From Clostridia bacterium (GTDB taxonomy: Bacteria; Bacillota; Clostridia; Oscillospirales; CAG-272): a DNA stretch of 64,000 nucleotides. The stretch's first letter is position 1. The number at the start of each line of letters is the position of its first letter. Positions 21,456 through 29,631 of this stretch are shown here, piece after piece. Made by a program: the position numbers and the translations under genes. The stretch covers positions 12,194-76,193 of the forward strand of contig JAFVTV010000038.1 in the NCBI GenBank assembly GCA_017502975.1, read 5' to 3'. The notes under the pieces were generated by a model. It searched no databases and was not told the DNA's origin. It was given only the letters and a program-made list of their open reading frames with translations.

Positions 21456-22289
21456 ATGGAAAGGGCAAAAAAACAACAGCTTGCCAAAATTGCCGCTCAA
21501 ATGAGACTTGATATTCTTGACCAGGTTCACGCTGCCGGGTGCGGTCATCCGGGCGGCTCGCTTTCGATCGCCGACATTATGGCATATCTTTATTTTTCCG
21601 AAATGACCGTGGATCCTGCCGATCCTGCTATGGCATCGCGTGACCGTTTTGTGCTTTCCAAGGGGCACACTGCCCCCGCGCTCTATGCGGCGCTTGCCGA
21701 AAAGGGCTTTTTCCCGAAGGAGGAGCTTTTGGGTCTTCGTAAGATCCATTCCTTTTTGCAGGGTCATCCCGATATGAAGAATATCCCCGGTGTAGATATG
21801 AGCACGGGCTCGCTTGGCCTCGGTGTATCCGCTGCTTGCGGCATGGCACTTGCCGCTAAGCTTGACGGGCGCGACTATCGCACCTACACCATGCTTGGTG
21901 ACGGCGAGAGCGAGGAGGGTCAGGTTTGGGAGGCAATGATGTTTGCCGCGCACTATAAGCTTGACAACCTTGTTGTGATGATCGACTGGAACGGCTTGCA
22001 GATCGACGGGCCTGTCACCGAGATCATGAACCCCACGCCTCACGATAAAAAGCTGGAGGCATTTGGCTTCCACGTCATGGTTGTTGACGGACACGACTTT
22101 GATGAGATCGAGAAGGCGTTTGAAAAGGCAAAGACCGTCAAAGGTAAGCCCACCGCCATCATCTTTAAGACCGTGAAGGGCAAGGGTGTTTCCTTTATGG
22201 AAAATCAGGTTAACTGGCACGGTGTGGCGCCCAATGATGAGCAATACGAGATCGCCGTAGCCGAGATCAAGGCGAAGGCGAAGATTTAA
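21456..22289 (+). CDS. Transketolase, N-terminal (TPP-binding) subunit
   Basis: 277 aa with GHPGGSLS and GDGESEEGQVWEAM motifs. This is the split-tkt arrangement. Confidence 0.92.
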   Translation: MERAKKQQLAKIAAQMRLDILDQVHAAGCGHPGGSLSIADIMAYLYFSEMTVDPADPAMASRDRFVLSKGHTAPALYAALAEKGFFPKEELLGLRKIHSFLQGHPDMKNIPGVDMSTGSLGLGVSAACGMALAAKLDGRDYRTYTMLGDGESEEGQVWEAMMFAAHYKLDNLVVMIDWNGLQIDGPVTEIMNPTPHDKKLEAFGFHVMVVDGHDFDEIEKAFEKAKTVKGKPTAIIFKTVKGKGVSFMENQVNWHGVAPNDEQYEIAVAEIKAKAKI

Positions 22290-22303
22290 AGGGGGGCAAA
22301 GAG

Positions 22304-23245
22304 ATGGCAGAAAAGATCGCAACCAGACAAGCCTACGGCGAGGCGCTTGCCGAGCTTGGCGAAAAATATAATTTTGTGGTGCTTGACGCGGACCTTGCGG
22401 CAGCGACCAAGACAGGCATTTTTAAGAAAAAGTTCCCCAACCGCCATTTTGATTGCGGCATTGCTGAGGGAAATATGATGTCGGTGGCGGCAGGTCTTGC
22501 GGCAGCCGGTAAGATCCCGTTTGTATCCTCCTTTGCCATGTTTGCTGCGGGGCGCGCCTTTGAGCAGATCCGCAATTCTATCGGCTACCCGCAGTTGAAC
22601 GTAAAGATCGGCGCTACGCACGCAGGTATTACTGTGGGCGAGGACGGTGCTACGCACCAATGCAACGAGGATATTGCGCTGATGCGTGCGATCCCCGGCA
22701 TGACGGTGATCAATCCCGCGGATGCGGTAGAGGCGCGTGCGGCAGTTGAGGCGGCGCTTCATTTTGACGGTCCTGTGTATCTGCGCTTTGGCAGATATGC
22801 CGTGCCCGTGATCAACGATAAAAACACCTACAAGTTTGAGCTTGGTAAGGGTGTACAGCTGCGCGAGGGCTCTGACGTGACCATCATTGCCACGGGCATT
22901 ATGGTGGATATGGCAAATACTGCGGCAGAGATGCTGCAGGCAGAGGGCATTTCCGCGCGTGTGATCAATATTCACACCATCAAGCCCCTTGACCGCGAGA
23001 TCGTGCTGAAGGCGGCAAAGGAAACAGGTGCCATCGTTACCGCAGAGGAGCACAGCATCATTGGCGGTCTTGGTGCAGCCGTCGCCGAAACGGTATGTGA
23101 GGGCTACCCCGTACCCGTATTGCGCGTAGGTGTAAACGATGTGTTCGGTCGCTCGGGCTCGGTGCCCGCGCTTCTTGAGGCATATGGGCTTACCCCTGCG
23201 AACATTGTCGAAAAGGCAAAACAGGTAATTGCACTCAAAAAATAA
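22304..23245 (+). CDS. Transketolase, C-terminal (pyrimidine-binding) subunit
   Basis: 313 aa with FDCGIAEGNMMSVAAGLA and HAGITVGEDGATHQ motifs. Confidence 0.92.
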   Translation: MAEKIATRQAYGEALAELGEKYNFVVLDADLAAATKTGIFKKKFPNRHFDCGIAEGNMMSVAAGLAAAGKIPFVSSFAMFAAGRAFEQIRNSIGYPQLNVKIGATHAGITVGEDGATHQCNEDIALMRAIPGMTVINPADAVEARAAVEAALHFDGPVYLRFGRYAVPVINDKNTYKFELGKGVQLREGSDVTIIATGIMVDMANTAAEMLQAEGISARVINIHTIKPLDREIVLKAAKETGAIVTAEEHSIIGGLGAAVAETVCEGYPVPVLRVGVNDVFGRSGSVPALLEAYGLTPANIVEKAKQVIALKK

Positions 23246-23254
23246 AAAGAAACA

Positions 23255-23280
23255 AAAACGCCGCATGATGCGGCGTTTTT
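23255..23280 (+). terminator. Rho-independent terminator after tkt
   Basis: AAAACGCCGCAT-ga-ATGCGGCGTTTT. The right arm ends in a T-run. Confidence 0.8.
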
Positions 23281-23289
23281 CGACGGAAT

Positions 23290-23625
23290 ATGGAAACGAA
23301 AAGATTTTTAAAAAACGATAACGGCTTTATTTGCGCGCATTGCGGTAAGGCGGTGGAGCCGCTTGGCTACACCTCGCGCAATCACTGCCCCTTTTGCTTG
23401 TGGAGCTTGCACGTGGATGTCAATCCGGGCGACCGCGCGAATACCTGCGGCGGTGAAATGGAGCCTGTGAGTGCCCAGCCCGATGCCAAAAAGGGATTTG
23501 TGATCCTGCACCGCTGTGTGCGTTGCGGAGAGATCCACCGCAACCGCGCCGCGCACGAGGCGGCAGTACAGCCCGACAACAAAAAGCTACTCATTGCCTT
23601 AACGGCAAAACCGATCATAAAATAG
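23290..23625 (+). CDS. RNHCP domain protein
   Basis: 111 aa with a literal RNHCP motif (YTSRNHCPFCLWSLHVD) and further Cys pairs. Confidence 0.8.
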   Translation: METKRFLKNDNGFICAHCGKAVEPLGYTSRNHCPFCLWSLHVDVNPGDRANTCGGEMEPVSAQPDAKKGFVILHRCVRCGEIHRNRAAHEAAVQPDNKKLLIALTAKPIIK

Positions 23626-23642
23626 AAAGGTAGGGAAACGGT

Positions 23643-24677
23643 ATGAGAAAATTACGCTGTATGATATTAATGCTGCTATTTTCTCTTATGCTTGTCGCCT
23701 GCGGCGGCGAGGGAACTACCTATTTATATGATGCAGGGACACATACACACGTTTACGGCAACCGTTACGATGTAACGCCCGTGACCTGCGTGTGTGAGGG
23801 TACACAGATCCGCTATTGCAAGATCTGTCACCAGACGGTGACCGATACCGTTGCCGTGCCCGAGGATATTGCCGCACGCGCACATGCGTTTTCCGATACC
23901 GTGGTGGCACCAACCGAGGCGGAGGAGGGCTACACCAAGCGGAGCTGCACGCTATGTGAATACGTCATTGAGCGAACCGACGTGATCCCCGCACGCTACG
24001 CGCTGCTTACCGATGCTGCAACAAAGACCGAGGCGCCGCCAGGTGTGCAGGGCATATTGATGTCGGACACTGCCACACATCTGCTTTCGTACAGTGTTGG
24101 GGGCGAGATGACTGTTTCGGTTGAAATTGCCCGCCGTTTGGCGGTGGCATTGGTGATTACCGAGGCAATCGAGCAGCAAGCCCCCGCACTTACCGCGGAT
24201 ACCCCCATTACGCTTGTCAGCGGCATGGGTGCGGGAAACAGCTATACGGTGCGAGAATTGCTGTATGAGTGGATCGCAAGCGGCGATGCCGATATTGCAC
24301 GCGGCTTTGCCATGGCGCTTGACGGCAGCGAGGCGGCATTTGCCGCGCGTGTTGCGGCGCGCCTTGAAAAATTAGGTGTTTCGGCAAGCGTGCCCCTTGA
24401 CCTCTTTTCCCCTGATGCGTCGGGGGCGGCAACTCTTTATGCTACGGGTGTGCTGCTGGCGCGCGCGCTTGACGAGCCGCTTCTTTGTGAGGCTTTTGCC
24501 GATGCTGTGCCCGGCCTTGTGCGGATCGCGGGGAAAAAGCCTGCGCTCTATCTGTCGGTCGAGGGGCTTCGCATCTCGGCACTGAAAAATGACGCGGGTG
24601 TGTACTGCTTTTTGCTGCTCAGCGGCGAAAACACCTCTTCCGACCTTGAAAACATGCTGTTTTCGGCTGTTTTATAA
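23643..24677 (+). CDS. Putative lipoprotein with N-terminal Cys/His-rich modules
   Basis: Signal peptide with lipobox LVAC. It has two copies of the H...TC...G.....C..C module also present in the protease at 32141. The C-terminal part is loosely reminiscent of serine-type D-Ala-D-Ala carboxypeptidases, but I saw no SxxK motif. Confidence 0.6.
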   Translation: MRKLRCMILMLLFSLMLVACGGEGTTYLYDAGTHTHVYGNRYDVTPVTCVCEGTQIRYCKICHQTVTDTVAVPEDIAARAHAFSDTVVAPTEAEEGYTKRSCTLCEYVIERTDVIPARYALLTDAATKTEAPPGVQGILMSDTATHLLSYSVGGEMTVSVEIARRLAVALVITEAIEQQAPALTADTPITLVSGMGAGNSYTVRELLYEWIASGDADIARGFAMALDGSEAAFAARVAARLEKLGVSASVPLDLFSPDASGAATLYATGVLLARALDEPLLCEAFADAVPGLVRIAGKKPALYLSVEGLRISALKNDAGVYCFLLLSGENTSSDLENMLFSAVL

Positions 24678-24701
24678 AATTACCCGAAAGGAAAGAAAGC
24701 A

Positions 24702-25514
24702 ATGAAAGAGTTTTTTACAAATCTTTTTAACACGGTGGTCGGCACCGTGACAAGCAACTGGAACAAGATCTTGACGTTTGTATTGGTGCTTGTGATCGGA
24801 TACATCGTAGTGAAGGTGATCGGGCGCATTTTTGCGCGCGCCATGGATCGCTCAAAGCTAAAGGGCGCAACGGGCAACTTCCTCAAGTCGCTTGTAAAGG
24901 TTGCGCTGCTCGCGCTTTACGTCATTATTTTACTGTCCATGCTTGGCGTGGATACGACCTCGCTTGTGGCGATCTTCAGTGTGCTGACGCTCGCTATCTC
25001 GCTTGCCGTGCAGGGCGTGGTATCCAATCTTGCCTCTGGCATTACGCTGGTGGTCACAAAGCCCTTTGAGGAGGGCGATTTTGTGGATATCGGTGGCACC
25101 TCGGGCACGGTTGAAACGATCTCTATTTTCTCAACCAAGCTGAGAACCGGCGACAATAAGGTCATTATTATCCCCAATGGCAACGTCACGGCCGCTAATA
25201 TCACCAATTATTCTACCAAGGGCACGCGCAGACTCGACCTCACGGTTTCGGCGGCATATGGCACAGAGGTGGCAAAGGTAAAGCGTGTGATCCTTGACGT
25301 CATTTCTCGCCATGACGAGATCTTTAAGGACCCCGCACCTATGGTGCGCCTCGCTGAGCACGGCGCCAGCTCCATTGATTTTGCGGTACGTGTGTGGCTT
25401 GATGGCGGCGATTATTGGAACACAAACTTTGATCTGAAGGAAGAAATTTACGATGCGTTTAACGAAAACGGCATCGAGATCCCCTTTCCGCAGATGGACG
25501 TGCATATGGCATAG
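24702..25514 (+). CDS. mscS: Small-conductance mechanosensitive channel (MscS family)
   Basis: 270 aa with three N-terminal TM segments followed by the MscS beta domain (FEEGDFVDIGGTSGTVETISIFSTKLRTGDNKVIIIPN). Confidence 0.88.
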   Translation: MKEFFTNLFNTVVGTVTSNWNKILTFVLVLVIGYIVVKVIGRIFARAMDRSKLKGATGNFLKSLVKVALLALYVIILLSMLGVDTTSLVAIFSVLTLAISLAVQGVVSNLASGITLVVTKPFEEGDFVDIGGTSGTVETISIFSTKLRTGDNKVIIIPNGNVTAANITNYSTKGTRRLDLTVSAAYGTEVAKVKRVILDVISRHDEIFKDPAPMVRLAEHGASSIDFAVRVWLDGGDYWNTNFDLKEEIYDAFNENGIEIPFPQMDVHMA

Positions 25515-25573
25515 CGTGATACTCCAAGCGGAGTATCACGCATCGAGATAAATCCCTTGCGGGATTTTCGATA
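25515..25573. repeat. Two adjacent hairpins at the mscS 3' flank
   Basis: CGTGATACTCC-aagc-GGAGTATCACG (11 bp, perfect), then ATCGAGATAAATCCC-ttgc-GGGATTTTCGAT (imperfect). There is no T-run. They mark the left edge of the AT-rich islet. Confidence 0.5.
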
Positions 25574-25642
25574 TGTTGCTAACGCAACTCGAGTTAAAAA
25601 ACAAAATTCATAACATTAAGGTAGCAGAGGGCGTTTTCAAAT

Positions 25643-26257
25643 ATGAAAAAAACACATAAGCTTCTAATAGTATTGATTGCCCTAACAATTGTTGTTTTTA
25701 CTTGTACTATAATTCATCACAAAATATCCACACATTACACAATGTTTCGTTTTGATCAAAAAACATTGGAGTATGCTTTTTCAGACGAAGTGTCCTCTGC
25801 ACAATCATTTTGCGAAACTAAGGGGGCTAATACTATTCTATATGGTAGATATAAGTATGCTAAAGCAAACGATGATGGTACGCTCACAATTATCGTTGAT
25901 GATGAAACCTTAAGGTTATGGAAAAGTAGCGACTGGACCTTACAAATACTTCAAAGTTTGTTAGAAGAAAAAGAAATAGACATAGGCGTAGATATCGATT
26001 GGTCAGATGATTTTCTTAGCGCCAAACGCAAAGTTAAAGAGTGTGGAGTGGAAATTTCAGAGGATTATTCTTTAATCACTCAGGGTCCCGGTGATGATGG
26101 TTCATTTTACACTTTCCTATTGCCGGCATGTGTTTATATGCAAATTTTTGAAGGGAAGCAGGTTGGTGAAATAAAAGTTACTTATGTAGAAGTCGATGAA
26201 AAAGGCAATATTATTGATGAAATAAATTGGGAACTTGATTCAAGCAATAAATCATAA
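25643..26257 (+). CDS. Hypothetical membrane-anchored protein (AT-rich islet gene 1)
   Basis: 204-aa ORF with an N-terminal TM segment (LLIVLIALTIVVFTCTII). Composition is strikingly AT-rich compared with the flanks. I recognise no family. Confidence 0.55.
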   Translation: MKKTHKLLIVLIALTIVVFTCTIIHHKISTHYTMFRFDQKTLEYAFSDEVSSAQSFCETKGANTILYGRYKYAKANDDGTLTIIVDDETLRLWKSSDWTLQILQSLLEEKEIDIGVDIDWSDDFLSAKRKVKECGVEISEDYSLITQGPGDDGSFYTFLLPACVYMQIFEGKQVGEIKVTYVEVDEKGNIIDEINWELDSSNKS

Positions 26258-26420
26258 TTGTTTCAGCCGCGCCTTTGGGTACAGTGATTAAATCACATTC
26301 ATCATTCAAGTTTTAATTGTGAGGTGTTGGCTATGGTTAGATCAAAAACAGCAAAAACCCTCATTAAAGTATTATTGATATCTTTTCTTGCCTTGTTTTC
26401 ATTGCCCATCATTTTTTCGG

Positions 26421-26483
26421 GTGCTTCGTGAAGCGCCCCTACGGTACGAAAAAGGAGCGGGGCGTCGAGGCGCCGCCCCCTAC
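26421..26483 (-). repeat. Two REP-like hairpins (class iii and class ii), minus orientation
   Basis: 26421-26442 is the reverse complement of GTAGGGGCGCTTCACGAAGCAC. 26457-26483 is the exact reverse complement of the 27-mer at 9109-9135. Confidence 0.75.
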
Positions 26484-26509
26484 TTACATAGCAAACACGG
26501 AGGCGTGAA

Positions 26510-26809
26510 ATGAAGCTTGAAAAAATCAGATTCTGCCGATGCCCAAAATGCCATAAACACGGTATACCGGCATTCAAAAAAATAGGTCACCGCTACAACC
26601 CCGAAGTGCAATGTAAATATTGCAGTGTTAAATTTTCAGTAAATTTTGCACTATCGCTCATTATAAAAATATTTATTCCTATATTTTGGGGTGCTATTGG
26701 ATTGCTTTTCACCACTTATATCCTGGAAATACCCTTTCCTTTTTGGTGCGCTTTGGCAATCATAAGCCTGTTCGTTTTTGAATATTTTTGCCCAATGGAA
26801 GAGAGGTAA
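26510..26809 (+). CDS. Hypothetical zinc-ribbon membrane protein (AT-rich islet gene 2)
   Basis: 99 aa with CxxC pairs (CRCPKC ... CKYC) followed by two TM segments. Composition is AT-rich. Confidence 0.5.
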   Translation: MKLEKIRFCRCPKCHKHGIPAFKKIGHRYNPEVQCKYCSVKFSVNFALSLIIKIFIPIFWGAIGLLFTTYILEIPFPFWCALAIISLFVFEYFCPMEER

Positions 26810-26852
26810 AAGTTTGTTATCGAGGTCTTTTTCGCTTTGTTGGCATACTCTT

Positions 26853-26876
26853 GTAGGGGCGTTTCAAGAAACGCCC
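26853..26876 (+). repeat. REP-like hairpin, class iii (GTAGGGGCGTTTCAAGAAACGCCC)
   Basis: GTAG head plus an 8-9 bp stem, followed by GTAC. Confidence 0.7.
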
Positions 26877-26885
26877 GTACGGTAA

Positions 26886-26924
26886 AAAAAGGAGAGAGAA
26901 CATTTTATGTTCTCTCTCCTTTTT
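26886..26924. terminator. Bidirectional terminator (probable ancestral aspS terminator)
   Basis: AAAAAGGAGAGAGAACA-tttta-TGTTCTCTCTCCTTTTT, with A/T runs on both sides. It lies about 55 nt downstream of the orphan aspS 3' end. Confidence 0.7.
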
Positions 26925-26978
26925 AATCATGCTTTGCGTTAATGCAAGCTGCGGTTGGGTTTAAAAATTGTGCACCGT

Positions 26979-27017
26979 TTATGCTTCTTCGACCACGGCG
27001 ATGCTGAGATCGGCAAG
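26979..27017 (-). pseudogene. Orphan fragment of an aspS 3' end (12 codons plus stop)
   Basis: The minus strand reads LADLSIAVVEEA*. The live aspS C-terminus is LADLAIAVIDESEK*. My count is 9 of 12 aa and 26 of 36 nt identical. Homology stops exactly where a truncated REP head (GTAGGGA) begins. Confidence 0.65.
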
Positions 27018-27056
27018 TCCCTACAAAAAACAACAGGAATCAAATTCACTCCAAAA

Positions 27057-27083
27057 CGGACAGTCGGGGACGCCTGTCCCTAC
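27057..27083 (-). repeat. REP-like hairpin, class i
   Basis: Reverse complement of GTAGGGACAGGCGTCCCCGACTGTCCG, one substitution from the copies inside the RAYT-like gene. A truncated head copy lies at 27018-27024. Confidence 0.75.
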
Positions 27084-27140
27084 AAAAAAACAAGAATGTA
27101 AAATTGCATTTTTGGGATAGGGCATATGCTCAAAAATGAA

Positions 27141-27166
27141 ATCCCCCCCGCTATGCGGGGGGAGAT
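27141..27166 (-). terminator. Current aspS terminator
   Basis: On the minus strand: TCCCCCCGC-atag-CGGGGGGGA followed by TTTCATTTTT, about 20 nt after the stop at 27184. Confidence 0.7.
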
Positions 27167-27183
27167 TACTATGATAATTGGTT

Positions 27184-28980
27184 TTATTTTTCGCTTTCGT
27201 CGATTACGGCAATGGCAAGGTCGGCAAGCGCCTTGGGCTCTGCGGGAGCAGGGCAGCCCGACATCAGCTCGCTTGCGTTTTGCACCTTGGGGAAGGCAAT
27301 GACGTCGCGCAACGAATCTGCACCTGCCATGACCATGGCAAGGCGGTCAAGACCCATACCGGAGCCGCCGTGGGGCGGCGCGCCGTACTTGTAGGCATCC
27401 ACAAGGAAGCCAAACTTCTTTTCAATGTCCTCGGCAGTAAGCCCCAAGGCATTAAACATCTTTTCCTGCAGCTGCCAATCGGTAATGCGGATCGAGCCCG
27501 AAAGGAGCTCGGTGCCGTTGAGGACCATATCGTATGCCTTGGCACGCACCTTGCCGGGGTCGGATTCAAGGTAGGGTAGGCACTCCTCCATGGGCATGGT
27601 AAAGGGGTGATGCATCGCATCCCAAGCACCGGTTTCCTCGTTCCACTCAAAGAAGGGGAATTCGGTGATCCAAAGGAAGTTGTACTGCCCCTCGGGGATC
27701 AGCGCAAGCTTTTTGACAAGGAGGTTGCGCAGTGCACCAAGGGTGGGGAGCACCACGCGGTTTTTATCGGCAACGATAAGTGCAACGTCGCCTTTTTCCA
27801 TACCAAGTGCCGCGATCACAGCGCTTTGCTCGTCGGGCGTGAGGAATTTTGCAAAGGACATATTGGGTGCATCATCGACCCAGCGAATGTAAGCAAGACC
27901 CTTGGCGCCAATGCCCTTGGCATGCTCGGTCAGCTTGTCGATCTCCTTGCGCGAGAGGGTCGCCGCCGCGCCCTTGGCTACAATGCCGCGCACGCTGCCG
28001 CCTGCGGTGATCGCACCGCTAAAGACGGAGAAGCCGCAATCCTTTACAACGGGGGAGATATCCTTAATTTCCATACCAAAGCGCGTGTCGGGCTTGTCGC
28101 TACCAAAGCGCTCCATTGCCTCGGCATAGGTCATGCGCGCAAACGGCGTTTTCAGGGTGACACCCAAAAGCTCGCGGAAGGCACGTACGATAAAGCCCTC
28201 GTTCATCTCCATGATATCCTCTGCGGTTGCAAAGGACATTTCAAGGTCGATCTGTGTAAATTCGGGCTGGCGGTCTGCACGCAGATCCTCATCACGGAAG
28301 CAACGCGCAAGCTGAATGTAGCGGTCAAACCCAGAAAGCATCAAAAGCTGCTTGTAGATCTGGGGGGATTGGGGCAGGGCATAAAAGCTGCCCTTGTGTA
28401 CGCGGGAGGGCACCAGATAATCGCGCGCACCCTCGGGGGTCGCCTTGATCATCATGGGTGTTTCAATTTCCATGAACCCGTTTTCAAAATAATACTCGCG
28501 TGCAATGCGCGCAAGCTCGTGGCGCATGCGGATATTTTTCTGTAGCTCGGGGCGTCTTAAGTCAAGATAACGGTATTTGAGTGCCGTTTCATCCTTCACG
28601 CGCTTGGTATCAGAAACCTCAAAGGGAGGTGTTTGCGCGGCGGAAAGGATCTTCATTTCGGTGACATACACCTCAACCTTGCCTGTGGGGAGGTTGGGGT
28701 TTACAGCACCCTCGCCACGGGCGCGCACGGTGCCGTGCACGGCAACAACGTACTCGGCGCGGCAGGAAAATGCCTTTTCGAATACCGTTTTGGGGGTAGT
28801 GTCATCAAAAGCAAGCTGCAAAAGACCCGTGCGGTCGCGCAGATCGATGAAAATGAGTGCGCCAAGGTCGCGCTGGCGCTGCACCCAACCCATAACCGAT
28901 ACCGTTTTGCCGATATCCTGCTCGGAAAGGATGCCGCAGTAATGTGTTCTTTTGTCCTGTGCGGTTAGAAATTCAGCCAT
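27184..28980 (-). CDS. aspS: Aspartyl-tRNA synthetase
   Basis: 598 aa with an N-terminal OB anticodon-binding domain, class II motifs (FRDEDLRADRQPEFTQID; GGSGMGLDRL) and a GAD insertion. Confidence 0.96.
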   Translation of the reverse strand: MAEFLTAQDKRTHYCGILSEQDIGKTVSVMGWVQRQRDLGALIFIDLRDRTGLLQLAFDDTTPKTVFEKAFSCRAEYVVAVHGTVRARGEGAVNPNLPTGKVEVYVTEMKILSAAQTPPFEVSDTKRVKDETALKYRYLDLRRPELQKNIRMRHELARIAREYYFENGFMEIETPMMIKATPEGARDYLVPSRVHKGSFYALPQSPQIYKQLLMLSGFDRYIQLARCFRDEDLRADRQPEFTQIDLEMSFATAEDIMEMNEGFIVRAFRELLGVTLKTPFARMTYAEAMERFGSDKPDTRFGMEIKDISPVVKDCGFSVFSGAITAGGSVRGIVAKGAAATLSRKEIDKLTEHAKGIGAKGLAYIRWVDDAPNMSFAKFLTPDEQSAVIAALGMEKGDVALIVADKNRVVLPTLGALRNLLVKKLALIPEGQYNFLWITEFPFFEWNEETGAWDAMHHPFTMPMEECLPYLESDPGKVRAKAYDMVLNGTELLSGSIRITDWQLQEKMFNALGLTAEDIEKKFGFLVDAYKYGAPPHGGSGMGLDRLAMVMAGADSLRDVIAFPKVQNASELMSGCPAPAEPKALADLAIAVIDESEK

Positions 28981-28995
28981 TTTTTAACTCCTTTT

Positions 28996-29553
28996 TCACT
29001 CGATCACTTCGCCGTTGGCGGTGAAAAGCGGTAATTTTTCAAGATAAATGATATCCTCGCGGTTTTGCGCATCGCCCTCGGCAAGCACAGCCATACGGCC
29101 GCAGACAATGCCGCCTGCCGCCTTTACCAGCTCCTCTACGGCGTGCAGGGATGCACCCGTTGAGATCACGTCGTCAACGATCAAAACGCGCTTGCCGCGC
29201 ATCAGGTCGGCATCGGCTTGGTCAAGGAAAAGTTTTTGCTCCTTGGCGGTGGTAATGGAGCGCACCGTTACCTCCATGACACCCGTCATGTAGAGCTTGG
29301 GCGTTTTGCGCGCCAGCATATATTTTTGGTTGCCTGCAAGGCGTGCCATTTCATGCACCAGCGGAATGCCCTTGGCTTCCGCAGAGATGAGATAATCGTA
29401 GTCGGGTGCGCGGTCAAGCAGAGCCTTGGCGCAAGCGGTGGTAAGCTCGGGGTCGCCGAAAATGACAAAGGCACCGATCGAAAGATTTTCATTCAGAGGA
29501 CAAAGCGGCAGTGCGCGGTCAAGACCCGCGATGTTCATTTTATAGGCTTTCAT
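28996..29553 (-). CDS. Phosphoribosyltransferase family protein (purine PRTase-like)
   Basis: 185 aa with the PRPP-binding motif VLIVDDVISTGAS. Confidence 0.75.
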   Translation of the reverse strand: MKAYKMNIAGLDRALPLCPLNENLSIGAFVIFGDPELTTACAKALLDRAPDYDYLISAEAKGIPLVHEMARLAGNQKYMLARKTPKLYMTGVMEVTVRSITTAKEQKLFLDQADADLMRGKRVLIVDDVISTGASLHAVEELVKAAGGIVCGRMAVLAEGDAQNREDIIYLEKLPLFTANGEVIE

Positions 29554-29631
29554 GGTATCTCCTTATTTTGTTAGAGTTATGATTTATAAAGTTATCATTT
29601 ACATTATACACATGTTTTTAAAAATGTCAAC

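Noticed and set aside
25515-25573. The double hairpin after mscS, considered as a tRNA fragment or integrase attachment site for the AT-rich islet.
   Set aside because: It has no cloverleaf features or T-arm/anticodon-arm similarity. I found no matching direct repeat at the other islet border, and no integrase is present. I kept it only as an unexplained hairpin pair.
28981-29631. T-box or other leader upstream of aspS, or of the phosphoribosyltransferase gene.
   Set aside because: The spacers are 15 nt and 78 nt, too short for a T-box. I saw no specifier loop or T-box sequence (AANNNGGGTGGNACCNCG-like).
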